Of a stretch of 64,000 bases of DNA, positions 36,838 through 47,211 are shown in pieces. Numbering within the stretch: the stretch's first letter is position 1; the number at the start of each line of letters is the position of its first letter. The notes under the pieces were generated by a model. It ran no database searches, was not told the DNA's origin, and saw nothing but the letters and a program-made list of their open reading frames with translations. The DNA comes from Alkalispirochaeta sp. (GTDB lineage Bacteria > Spirochaetota > Spirochaetia > DSM-27196 > Alkalispirochaetaceae), in NCBI GenBank assembly GCA_965601925.1, contig OZ271854.1:2176001-2240000 (forward strand), written 5' to 3'. The position numbers and the translations under genes were made by a program.

Positions 36838-37684
36838 CAGCTCAGCCGGTTCGGTGGGACGTGCCGATATCGGTCGCCTCGTCCGGCGGGCGACGGTCTA
36901 TTTCGTGTTGGCCGTGGCCGCGTTGCTCGTCCTGCTTCCCCTGGCGCTGATCGTTTCCAACGCCTTCAAGACCGAGAACGAGATTTTCGCCTACCCCGTA
37001 TCGTGGATACCTCGGAGTCCGACGCTCGATAACTTTCTCGCGCTGCGCGCCGACTTTCCGCGCTACATCTTCAACTCGTTCAGGGTAACCATCATTATCG
37101 TAGCGGTCCAGTTGGTTACCGCCACGACGGGGGCGTACGCGTTTGCCAAGTTGCAGTGGCGTCTGCGGGAGGTGCTCTTTATCGTCTACATCGCTTCGAT
37201 GATGGTGCCGGTGCAGACATTTATCATTCCGCAGTTCATCATTGTACGAAATCTTGGTCTGTACGATTCCCACGCCGCGTTGGTCTTCGTTTCGGCGTTT
37301 ACCGCGATCGGAACGTTTATGACCAAGCAGTTTTTTATGTCGATTCCCGATTCGCTGCTCGAGTCGGCGCGAATCGACGGGGCCGGGAGCGTGCGCATAT
37401 TTCTCGAGATCGTCCTACCTTTATCCAAGCCCGTGATCGCCGTCGTGGGCGTGCTCTCGTTTCGCTGGTTTTGGAACGAGTTTTTCAACGCTCTGATCTA
37501 TATCACGAGCGAAGAGCTCAAGACGCTGCCGCTCGGGCTCTCGGATTTCGTAAGTGAGTACGCCGTCTTTTACGGACCGCAGATGGCCGCCTCTCTCGTG
37601 TCGATTATTCCCGTTCTCATCGTCTTCTTCGCCGGGCAGCGCTACTTCGTCGAGGGCGTCGCCACGACCGGTATCAAGGGGTAG
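36824..37684 (+). CDS. Sugar ABC permease
   Basis: LLESARIDGA EAA motif. Confidence 0.95.
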   Translation: MISLSSSAGSVGRADIGRLVRRATVYFVLAVAALLVLLPLALIVSNAFKTENEIFAYPVSWIPRSPTLDNFLALRADFPRYIFNSFRVTIIIVAVQLVTATTGAYAFAKLQWRLREVLFIVYIASMMVPVQTFIIPQFIIVRNLGLYDSHAALVFVSAFTAIGTFMTKQFFMSIPDSLLESARIDGAGSVRIFLEIVLPLSKPVIAVVGVLSFRWFWNEFFNALIYITSEELKTLPLGLSDFVSEYAVFYGPQMAASLVSIIPVLIVFFAGQRYFVEGVATTGIKG

Positions 37685-37729
37685 TCGCCCCATAAGCAAC
37701 ATGACCGACATCAACAGTAAGGAGCAAGC

Positions 37730-39523
37730 ATGAACCTCTATCCTACCCAATCGGAAACGCGTACGATCCAACGTCTAGACGGCGTATGGCGATTCGTTGC
37801 AGACCTCTCCCACCGCGGGCTTGAGGAGGAGTGGGCGGCACACACGCTGAGCGACGCGGTACCGATGCCCGTACCGGCGAGTTACAACGATATCATCCCC
37901 GACGCACGCATCCGCGATCATGTCGGGTGGGTGTGGTACGAGCGCACCGTTACCGTAGCCGGCGGGCGCGACGATCGCGCCTATCGGTTGCACTTCGAAG
38001 CGGTGACCCACCGCGCCAAAGTATGGCTCGACGGGGAGTACTTAGGTGAGAACCGCGGCGGATATCTCCCCTTTTCCTTCGACGTATCGGAGCGCATCCG
38101 TCGGGGAGCTTCCCATCGTCTCACCGTGGCGGTCTCGAATGTGCTGGACTGGACGACGGTGCCGGCGGGGGACGTACTTGCACCGAAGGACTCCGATCAG
38201 TACCCGGTGGGCTACGCTAAGCAGAAGATCTACCATGACTTTTTTAATTACGCGGGTATTCATCGGAGCGTCTTCCTCGTTGAGACGCCCCGAAGCTACA
38301 TCGACGACTGTACCGTGGAACCGTCGGTCGACGGTACTGCCGGCACGGTCGCCTATACCGTCGAGGTACGCTCGAGTGACGACGCCGGCGGTGTTGAGGG
38401 ACTCTCGGTAGCCGCGCGCCTGATTGACGGCGACGATACGATCGTTGCGGAATCCGCCGGCGAGCGGGGGGCCCTCGTCCTCGACACATGCCGACTGTGG
38501 AGCCCCGACGATCCGTATTTGTATCGCGTGCAGTTCCGCCTGACTCGAGGCAACGAGTTGGTTGACGTGTGCGAGGTACGCACCGGGTTCCGAACGGTCA
38601 CGGTCGAAGCCGACGGCATATATCTCAACGGAAAGAAGATCTACCTTAAAGGATTCGGCCGCCACGAGGATGCACCGGTGCGCGGCAAGGGATACGACGC
38701 GGTCACTCTGGTCAACGATGTTCACTGGATGCAGTGGATCGGCGCCAACTCCTTTCGAACCTCCCACTACCCGTATGGGCAGGAGGTCATGGACATGGCC
38801 GACGAGTTGGGCTTTCTCGTGATCGACGAGGTGCCGATGGTGGGGCCGCGGGACAAGACCGCGCCGGTGTTTGTCGAGGGTCGCGTGGGGCCGGATCTCA
38901 CCGCCGCGCACAAGGACGCGCTGAAGCGTCTGGTAGGTCGCGATCGCCACCACCCCTCGGTCATCATGTGGAGCGTCGCCAACGAGCCCGCGTGTTGGGA
39001 GCCGGGCGCGCGCGAGTATTTCACCGACATTATCAACTACACCCGCTCCCTCGACTCATCGCGACCGATCACCGTCTGCCTGGTCGGCACGGTCGACACT
39101 AGTACCATCTACGACCTTCTCGATGTGATTTCGATCAATCGTTACTTCTCGTGGTACACCGATCCCGGCTCATTGGAGGTGATCGGGCCGCAGCTCTCCT
39201 CCGAGATGAAACGGCTCCACGACCGAACCGGCAAGCCGGTACTCGTAACGGAATATGGGGCCGATGCGGTCGCCGGGATTCACGCGGAGCCGCCGGTAAT
39301 GTTCTCCGAGGAGTATCAGGTACGTATGCTCGAAGCCTTTCACGACGTACACGATTCGCTTTCTTTTTGCGCCGGGGAACACGTATGGAACTTTGCCGAC
39401 TTTCAGACCGACCAAGAGTTCCGCCGCGTCGACGGCAACAAAAAAGGCGTCTTTACGCGCGATCGTCGTCCCAAGATGGCGGCTCACGCTTTGCGAAAAC
39501 GCTGGCGAGAGGATCTTCGGTAA
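37730..39523 (+). CDS. uidA: Beta-glucuronidase (GH2)
   Basis: HDFFNYAGIHR, FRTSHYPY, ANEP, TEYG, WNFADF, GNKKG. Confidence 0.95.
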   Translation: MNLYPTQSETRTIQRLDGVWRFVADLSHRGLEEEWAAHTLSDAVPMPVPASYNDIIPDARIRDHVGWVWYERTVTVAGGRDDRAYRLHFEAVTHRAKVWLDGEYLGENRGGYLPFSFDVSERIRRGASHRLTVAVSNVLDWTTVPAGDVLAPKDSDQYPVGYAKQKIYHDFFNYAGIHRSVFLVETPRSYIDDCTVEPSVDGTAGTVAYTVEVRSSDDAGGVEGLSVAARLIDGDDTIVAESAGERGALVLDTCRLWSPDDPYLYRVQFRLTRGNELVDVCEVRTGFRTVTVEADGIYLNGKKIYLKGFGRHEDAPVRGKGYDAVTLVNDVHWMQWIGANSFRTSHYPYGQEVMDMADELGFLVIDEVPMVGPRDKTAPVFVEGRVGPDLTAAHKDALKRLVGRDRHHPSVIMWSVANEPACWEPGAREYFTDIINYTRSLDSSRPITVCLVGTVDTSTIYDLLDVISINRYFSWYTDPGSLEVIGPQLSSEMKRLHDRTGKPVLVTEYGADAVAGIHAEPPVMFSEEYQVRMLEAFHDVHDSLSFCAGEHVWNFADFQTDQEFRRVDGNKKGVFTRDRRPKMAAHALRKRWREDLR

Positions 39524-39650
39524 CCGAGGTGCGGCGATCGGCGCGTCCGATTCAAGGATGCCTCCGCGGAGTGACGCGTGAGTGCCGCACCTTCGCGTGT
39601 CGATCGAGTGCGGCCAAGGGCCCCGTATCCGTTCAGGCTCGCCGCGGCCT

Positions 39651-40142
39651 CTACTCGACGGCCCGGCGCCACACGATCGAATTGTCGGTCTCGAAGTCGA
39701 ACGCGAATCCGAAGCGCTCGTGGAGGGCGATCGATGCGTCGTTCGACCTCAGTGTTCGACTCACTATCCAACGGATATCGGTCTTCCGGCACTCGGCCAG
39801 CATATCCCTCATCAGGGCGCTCGCGAGTCCCTTTCTCCGAGCGCGGCGTTCGACCGTGATATCAAGGAGATGAACGGTTACCGTGCGGACGGCGTCCCGC
39901 GGCCACCGAGTGTAGCGCAGGAATCCGATGTTCGCCCCGCGGTCGTCCCGGAGCAGCTTCAGCGTGTCCGTTGTCGGGTTGTAAGAATCGGCCATCAATC
40001 GGACCAACTCCGCGTCGGTCTTTTCTCCCCACTCGCCGGGCCACTCGTCTCGAATAGGATCGATGATCTCTTGGAAATCGAACGCGCCCCTCACCGTAAC
40101 GATTTCAATGTCGGACCGCATAGTGTTGTCCTTGTTCGGCAT
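39651..40142 (-). CDS. GNAT acetyltransferase
   Basis: V...ARRKGLASALM; N.ASIALHERFGF. Confidence 0.85.
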   Translation of the reverse strand: MPNKDNTMRSDIEIVTVRGAFDFQEIIDPIRDEWPGEWGEKTDAELVRLMADSYNPTTDTLKLLRDDRGANIGFLRYTRWPRDAVRTVTVHLLDITVERRARRKGLASALMRDMLAECRKTDIRWIVSRTLRSNDASIALHERFGFAFDFETDNSIVWRRAVE

Positions 40143-40204
40143 CCTTTACATAGGTTCACGCATAATAGTCGATTTTGTGCTTTGGTGCTGAACGGTGGAC
40201 CCAA

Positions 40205-40708
40205 TCAGTCCGCTCGGGAGTAGAGCGTTACACCCACACGGCGTATGTACTCGATGAGCTCGGCGTTCGTCACGTGGTGCAGGAGCGCGATGTCGACCAT
40301 GTGTGGCAACAGGAGGTCGTCGATCGCCGTCTCAATCCGCAGAAGATCCAATGTGTCCAGCGCTTCCCCCACGATCATCATGTCGATGTCCGAGCCTGTA
40401 TCGTGTGTGCCTTTGGCGCGCGAACCGTAGAGCACCACCCGTTCGACGCCACGATATGCGGTGAATACGGAGCGCAGTTTCTCTATCGTCGCCGGTGAGA
40501 GGCCCCCGAGGCCGCGTGGTGCGACGGTGTGCGACTCGTCCTCACCGTGGCGCGCAAGCTCGTGAGTAAACTCAAACGACTTGATCAGGCCCTGGCGTTC
40601 CAAGTCCGAGAGTGGTCGCTCCGTCTGCACGGCGACGGCGGCCCGCAACTGCCCCAGTGCCTTGGCATAACTCGCAAAGCGTTGCTTCCACCGGATATCC
40701 GCCTCCAT
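40205..40708 (-). pseudogene. In-frame fusion of truncated HEPN (HI0074-like) N-terminus to minimal nucleotidyltransferase
   Basis: DIRWKQRF...GLIKSFEFTHELA joined to LYGSRAKG...SDID. Confidence 0.75.
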
Positions 40709-40954
40709 CGATGTCATGGTATCCCTGGCGGAACGGGGCGACAACGTGCGGCGTGTTTGTATTGTGCTCGGAGTGTCGATCGTGTGTCGGTATGGGGGGA
40801 ACGACCCCGTGTGTTCGCGCGCGCGTCCGGCGTATCCGGCTCCTCGCGCCGGCGCATTGCCGGTGCGTCGGGCTCCGTCTCCGGGTGTAGCCGACGTCTC
40901 GTGCGAAACGCGAGCGACTCACCGGTTGACTGAGGCGAAGAATGCCCAGACAAT

Positions 40955-43000
40955 TTGATCATGGAACGACCGGTTGGGGGCGATGGGACCGTCAAGCAGA
41001 GTCGATTTACGTTACTCTTCCGCCCCGCGGAGGAGGAGGCCTACCGATCTTCGCTCTATCGCCGCGATATGAACCTCACGCGTATCGCGCTGATTGCGGC
41101 GGTCATATTTTGGTCGATCTATGCGACGGTCGATGTGTGGTTGTTTCCGGATCAATCCGGAACGCTTTTACGGGTACGTTTCTTCATATTCCCTCCGCTT
41201 GCGACGATCGTACTCGTACTCACGTTCTTCGACTTCTTCCGAACGATACGCCAGCTCGTTCTCGCCGGTGCGATCGTCGTCGCCGGAGTGTCGATCGTTG
41301 CGTTTCTGGTTATCGCTCCGCCACCCTACGATTCCAGCTATCTTCCGGGCGTCGTTGTGGTCTTTCTCTTCGGATACGCCTTCAGTCGCGTGCAGTTCGT
41401 TACCGCGTCGATCGCGGGCCTCATTATCGTCGCGTCGTATGTCGCCGCCGCCGTCACGGTGGAACACGTTCGATCAATAGATCTTCTGACGAACACCATG
41501 ATTCTCACGACGGCCAATGCGGTCGGCATGTTGGCCTGCTACACCATAGAGAGCAGCCTGAGAGCCGAGTACCTGTATCGTAGCGCTCTCGAGGCGGACG
41601 CCGATCGCGCCCTGGAGGTAAATGCGCGGCTCGAGGAGTTGGTAACCCGCCGTACTGCAGAGTTGGAGGAGATGAACAACGCCTTACGCGCGGAGAACGA
41701 GGAGCGTCGGCGCGTGGAGGATCAGCTCCAATACCTGGCAACGCACGACGTACTGAGCGGTCTGTCCAATCGGCGCTTCTTCGAGAAGCAGTTGGAGCAG
41801 GCCGTCGAGCGCGCCCACGAGACGCACGGCGAGTTTGCCGTCCTGCTTATCGATCTGGACCGGTTCAAAACCGTGAACGACCGACATGGACATCGTTGCG
41901 GCGATGAGGTACTGCAACGTGTCGGCCGTCGTATTCAACGGGCGGTCCGCATCCTCGACACGGTTTCGCGTATCGGCGGCGACGAGTTCACCGTTTTGTT
42001 ACCGCGCCCGGCGACGGACGCCAACATTCGGATGGTCGTTACGCGAATTCTGGAGGCGATCGCAGCGCCCATCAAGTTGGATGTGCTTCGTTTCGAGATT
42101 ACGGCGAGTATCGGCATAGCGCTCTTTTCTCGCGATGCATTGGACGCGGTCGGACTTATGCGGTGCGCCGACAGCGCTATGTATCAGGCCAAGGTAGCCG
42201 GGGGAAACGGCGTCCGGTTTTTCTCCTCGGAGTTCGATGTGCGTATAAAACGACGCGCCGCCATCGAACGTCGTATTCTGCCCGCACTCCACGCGAATGA
42301 GTTCGCGCTCTTCTATCAACCGAAGGTCGAGCTTTCTTCCAACGCGATCCACGGATTCGAAGCGCTGATTCGTTGGGAATGCGACGACGAGACCGTTGCA
42401 CCGGACGAGTTCATTCCGATCGCCGAGGAGTCGGGCACCATTATCGCGATCGGCGAATGGGTGCTCTCCACGGCGTGTTCTTTCGCCACCGCACGCCGAA
42501 CGGCGATCAATGTGAACGTCTCGGCGCGCCAGTTCGCCGCCGGCGGTCTGGTTGCGCGGATCGTCGCCAATTTGAGCGCCGCCGCCCTTTCACCCAAAAA
42601 ACTGTGTGTAGAGATCACCGAGAGTACACTCATGGAAGACCTCGCCGACGCCCGCGAGACGCTTCTCGCCCTGCGCGAGACGGGAGTCTCCATTGCGATC
42701 GACGACTTCGGCACCGGATACTCCTCGCTCTCCTACCTCAGCCGCCTGCCGATCGACGAGCTCAAGATCGATCGATCCTTTATCGCCAGTATCGGATCGT
42801 CCACCCAGGACGAAGCGATCGTGAAGACCGTTATCAACTTGGCGCATAGTATCGGCGCACAGGCGGTTGCCGAAGGTGTCGAGACTCACGAGCAACTCGC
42901 GTTTTTGGCGGCCGAGGATTGCGACGCCGTGCAGGGATACCTCGTGGCGCGCCCGATGCGTATCGAGGAGGCGGTTGCGTTTCAGTGGCCCGCGTCGTAA
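40955..43000 (+). CDS. Membrane-bound diguanylate cyclase/phosphodiesterase (GGDEF-EAL)
   Basis: TM region; GGDEF; EAL; DDFGTGYSS. Confidence 0.95.
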   Translation: MIMERPVGGDGTVKQSRFTLLFRPAEEEAYRSSLYRRDMNLTRIALIAAVIFWSIYATVDVWLFPDQSGTLLRVRFFIFPPLATIVLVLTFFDFFRTIRQLVLAGAIVVAGVSIVAFLVIAPPPYDSSYLPGVVVVFLFGYAFSRVQFVTASIAGLIIVASYVAAAVTVEHVRSIDLLTNTMILTTANAVGMLACYTIESSLRAEYLYRSALEADADRALEVNARLEELVTRRTAELEEMNNALRAENEERRRVEDQLQYLATHDVLSGLSNRRFFEKQLEQAVERAHETHGEFAVLLIDLDRFKTVNDRHGHRCGDEVLQRVGRRIQRAVRILDTVSRIGGDEFTVLLPRPATDANIRMVVTRILEAIAAPIKLDVLRFEITASIGIALFSRDALDAVGLMRCADSAMYQAKVAGGNGVRFFSSEFDVRIKRRAAIERRILPALHANEFALFYQPKVELSSNAIHGFEALIRWECDDETVAPDEFIPIAEESGTIIAIGEWVLSTACSFATARRTAINVNVSARQFAAGGLVARIVANLSAAALSPKKLCVEITESTLMEDLADARETLLALRETGVSIAIDDFGTGYSSLSYLSRLPIDELKIDRSFIASIGSSTQDEAIVKTVINLAHSIGAQAVAEGVETHEQLAFLAAEDCDAVQGYLVARPMRIEEAVAFQWPAS

Positions 43001-43119
43001 CGCGCTCGGCGCATAAGTCGGCCGGGTAAAAAGGGGGCGCGAGGGCGTTTGCCGCTCCGTCGTCGCTACCCGCAGATACGACGTGCTGCGAGTTCGATGC
43101 CGGTGCACGGAATACACCT

Positions 43120-43515
43120 TCATGCACCGCTCGAGTGCGGCGGTTTCATGGTCGAAAACGCGCTCAGGTCGCCCAGAGGCACATATCCTGAGACGAGGGC
43201 GTCGAGGTCGAGGGAGCCGGCCGGCTCCGAGAAATAGACGGGTTTACCGGCTCCTTTAGCGTAGCCGATTTCTACCGTCACAAGGGTCCCGACATACCCG
43301 TCCGGATCGATGACGTACAGCGCCTCGGACTCACGAATAGCGCGAAAATGATCGTCCTCGAACGTGCGCATCATGTTCAACGTTATCGGACGGTGGGAGG
43401 GTAGCGGCTCAAGATTGGGAAACTTCGCCTCAATACCGATTCTCTCGCATTCGGCGATCGCGCGCTTTACAAGATGCACAAATCGTAGGCTGCAACTGAT
43501 GGTAATCGTTCGCAT
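43120..43515 (-). CDS. Hypothetical protein, nucleoside 2-deoxyribosyltransferase-like fold
   Basis: HFRAIRESEALYV...GYVG....EIGYA...GKPVYF. Confidence 0.6.
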   Translation of the reverse strand: MRTITISCSLRFVHLVKRAIAECERIGIEAKFPNLEPLPSHRPITLNMMRTFEDDHFRAIRESEALYVIDPDGYVGTLVTVEIGYAKGAGKPVYFSEPAGSLDLDALVSGYVPLGDLSAFSTMKPPHSSGA

Positions 43516-44094
43516 CACGTCTCCTCGGTGGTATGGAGCGAGTCTCGGTGCCGCCGCTCCGCACAATGAGCATGCACCTCCGCTTACCGCGTGTAGGTAT
43601 CGTTGCAGCCACGATAGGGGACCCATTCGACACCGACGAAGGATACCGGAACCGCAGCTGCCATCGTCACGACCGCAACGACGAAGAAAGGCCGGCGACC
43701 AAGACGACCTGCGCGATGCTATTCTGTGCGATGGGATACATCAAGGCCGGTATCAGCCGCTTGCACCGCCCCGGTACGAAGGCGACAAAGAGTGTCGACG
43801 GCGTGATGTGCGCCTTTTCCATCCGGGCGTGCGTATGCGTATGGGTCGGATGCCCCTTGGCCGGGCGGGATGTCGGGCGATGCGGGCTCAAGACCGGTTT
43901 CACGCACTGCGATATAGTCGCCGACACCACACATTTTGTGAAAAGCAGTTCACGTATTGCGGCTTCTTTGCGGGCAAACTCCGTCTTTATGAACGACGGA
44001 CCCTGTAATTATTTTTAATAAAAAGACTTATCCTGAGTTTGTTGTTGTGTCTCCTTGGCGCGTATTTTGCTTCCTGACGATCGGAGGATGAAAA

Positions 44095-45253
44095 ATGAAA
44101 AAAGCCGTCAGTTGGAGACTATCTTTACCCGCCATTGTTCTTATTGTGTTGCTCGGATGTGACAACCCGACAAGCAGTGACGGAACGAGCAACGACCAGC
44201 CTAACAATGATCGGCCCACGGACAGTGTGGTAAATGTCGATCAGGACTACGGGTTTCAGGTCGATCCCGACGATATCCAAGATCTGAGAGTGTTGGATCG
44301 TGTACCGGAGAATAATTCGACGTCAATAGCACCGAGCTCTCCGGTGATCGTGTATTTCGACGACATCGTCGATCCTGATTCAATCAGTTCACAAACGTTT
44401 TCCATCTCTGTCAGCGAACCTGCCGGAACATCCGGCGACGCAGTCGCGTTGCGTACACAAGCGAGCGTCGCAGCCTCGAATACCGGTACAGACGTGTTTG
44501 GAACCATAACCGTGACCAAGTCTGCCGACGGAAATGCCGCTATCATTATATTCACGCCGTTTGACGGATTCCCTACAAATAGCGAGATCACGATAACGAT
44601 TTCGGGCGATGCGCTACTCGACGACGGCGGCAACAGTATCGGCACGGCGTAGGTGTTCACATTTGTGACCGGAGATTCCGTCACGACTGATGCAGGCGCG
44701 TTAACCTTTGAATCGGGCGCCGACGGGCTAATGTTCGAGGGTAATACCGGCATTGTTACAACACCAGTCTGGGGAGTCCAATCGTTGGAGGGCAGCGCCG
44801 CTGCGGTATTGACAACCGGTAACGTCGTCGAGTCCGGGATTACCGGTTCCGCCCCGGTTCAATCAGTACTCCACGTTGACAACCGGAGTAATAGACGTGC
44901 CACCCGGCGCAACCACTCTTCGAGCCGACTACTATTTCATCTCCGATGAATTTCTGGATTTTTTAGGAAGTGAGTTTGACGACAATGCGACATTGACCGT
45001 TGCCGGTTCTTCCGGAGCGGAGTCAGTTGTACTGGCAAGCGTGAACCAGTTTGTAGAGGGCGAGTTGACGCCCCTGGAGTCGTTCCCCGACGATTCCGAC
45101 GGAGATGGTGACTTTTATCGTAGTGATTTACAAACAGCTTCGATAGAAATTCGTGACCTTGGGTCTCAGATTACCGTCGCGATAACGATTACGGATGTCG
45201 AAGACGAGCTTTTTACCAGCCTTCTCCTATTCGACAACGTACGATTTGAGTAA
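44095..45253 (+). pseudogene. Ig-like-domain lipoprotein, interrupted
   Basis: LLGC lipobox; in-frame TAG at 44650; frameshift near 44860. Confidence 0.7.
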
Positions 45254-45691
45254 TCGGCACATCCTGTTGTTGCTACCGGCCGGAACTTCTTCGCGTTCCG
45301 GCCGGCTGCACGGTGCGACGACCCACGTGTGACCGGCAGTCTTGCCGGAGCCTGCTCGCGTGCATATAACCGCGTCCCGGATGATAGAGTCATATCCCAC
45401 GTGTGTTATGGACCGATTGCGCTTCTTGCCGTCCGGTTGAAGGACTCTCTCTTGCATAAAGCGGACCGCGATCTATGACTTCGATTGCTTTGTCTTCGAT
45501 ACGAAAGCATTCGCTGTTCACGAATCGTGTGGCGGGCGCTTCTCATCGCTACATGCAATGTTAATTGGTAAGATTTGTATTTCGCTTCGTTGCGCCAAAG
45601 CTTTCTCTAACAGAGACTTACTTGCCTACAAAAACCGCCGAGACTTGGCACGAATAATGCAATGCGTTCTGTGTGCTGAAGGAGGGCATGC

Positions 45692-47086
45692 ATGAAGAAC
45701 AAAAAAATGACGTTCCAAGCTGTCAGTGTCGGGATGTTATGGATACTGTTGCTGTCATGTGGCGGCGGTTCGTCAAATGGGGGAGGATCAGCGGAGACGG
45801 TCGTTGCGTTCGGCGGTACGGTTATCGCGTTTGACGGTACGCCGATAGCCGAGGCGGATGTCACGGTCGAAGGGGAAACGGCCCAAACCGATTCCTCCGG
45901 CGCATTTTCTTTCGATATCGCGTACGCGCAAGTCCCGAATCGGATTACATATGAGATATCCAAAGAAGGGTACTTCGACTTTGTCGGCGGCGTGCGGCCG
46001 AGTCCCAACGGTGAGGCTACCGTTACCGTCGCACTCAACCAACGGACGCTCATGGGTACGGTGAACGGCTCGACGGGAGGGACGGTGAGTTCCAGCAGTA
46101 TGAGCATCGAGGTCGGATCCAACGCATTCGTCGACGACTCCGGCAATACGGTCTCCGGTGATGTAAATGTGTTCGCCAACGACATCTCCCCGGACGACGA
46201 GAATTTTTCAGCGGCAATGCCGGGGGGAGATTTTCAGGCGACCGATACGAACGGGGCAGATGGCAGTCTCACCTCGTTCGGAGCGCTGAACCTGGAGTTG
46301 GAGGATGCCGGCGGTAACAACGTGGACCTTCAGGACTCCGTCCAGATAACGCTTGCCATTCCGGCGAGTTTGCGGTCCGACGCGCCGGATACGATCGACG
46401 TGTGGATTCTTATAGCCACCGGTAGATGGGAGGTCGGCGGAACCGCCACGCGTGTCGGGGACAACTACGTGTTCACCATTCAGTCCGAGGGGGCGATCAA
46501 CTGCGACTTGTTCGGCCGCAACGCAATCGTTGAGGGTACCGTGTACGATTTCGGGACACCCGTTCCGAATATACCGGTTGAAATCGGCCAACTTACCACC
46601 TCGACCGACTCCTTGGGCGAGTACTCCGCACTGGTACCGAGCAACGTAGACCTCACGTTCGACGCCGGCACTTACGGGTCGGTCGACAAGCAGGCGGGAG
46701 AGCTTAGTACCACATCGGTAAACATCGTAGATATCGGTTCTTCGAGTGTGCCGACACTGGGCGAGGGTTCGTACACGTTTCTCGGAACCGCCTACAGCGG
46801 GTTTGCCGTCTTCTCATTGGGAGTGTGGGGCATAACCGATGCGTCGGGATCTGCCGTCCTAAGCATTTCCGGCGTTCCCGATAGCGGAAGCAGAACGGTG
46901 GCTGAGGGCGTATTTGTCGGACTATCCTTCCAGTTCGGGTCGGTTCTCTACTATGCGGCTTCCGGATCGGTAACGCGCAGCGGAAACAACCTCAGTTTTT
47001 CATTTGTGATGGCCGACGCCACGAACAATGCCGAAGTCGGCACCCTTTCCGGACAAATGGCAGCCACCGACGTCGGCGCTTTCTGA
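45692..47086 (+). CDS. Lipoprotein with carboxypeptidase-regulatory-like (CnaB-type) domains
   Basis: LLSC lipobox; G.V....G.P......V....TDS.G.F/Y repeats. Confidence 0.8.
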   Translation: MKNKKMTFQAVSVGMLWILLLSCGGGSSNGGGSAETVVAFGGTVIAFDGTPIAEADVTVEGETAQTDSSGAFSFDIAYAQVPNRITYEISKEGYFDFVGGVRPSPNGEATVTVALNQRTLMGTVNGSTGGTVSSSSMSIEVGSNAFVDDSGNTVSGDVNVFANDISPDDENFSAAMPGGDFQATDTNGADGSLTSFGALNLELEDAGGNNVDLQDSVQITLAIPASLRSDAPDTIDVWILIATGRWEVGGTATRVGDNYVFTIQSEGAINCDLFGRNAIVEGTVYDFGTPVPNIPVEIGQLTTSTDSLGEYSALVPSNVDLTFDAGTYGSVDKQAGELSTTSVNIVDIGSSSVPTLGEGSYTFLGTAYSGFAVFSLGVWGITDASGSAVLSISGVPDSGSRTVAEGVFVGLSFQFGSVLYYAASGSVTRSGNNLSFSFVMADATNNAEVGTLSGQMAATDVGAF

Positions 47087-47211
47087 GATGTACACGCTAT
47101 CGCACCGATCCGACTACAATGGCTCGGTGCGGACCGGCCGCGGTGACGCCTACGATCAATACGCGGGTGCGCGCATTCGAACGACCGTTCGGCAAAGCGC
47201 GAACGGCGGCG

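Noticed and set aside
44650..44652. Pyrrolysine or amber readthrough
   Set aside because: A downstream frameshift also breaks the gene and no pyl genes are seen.
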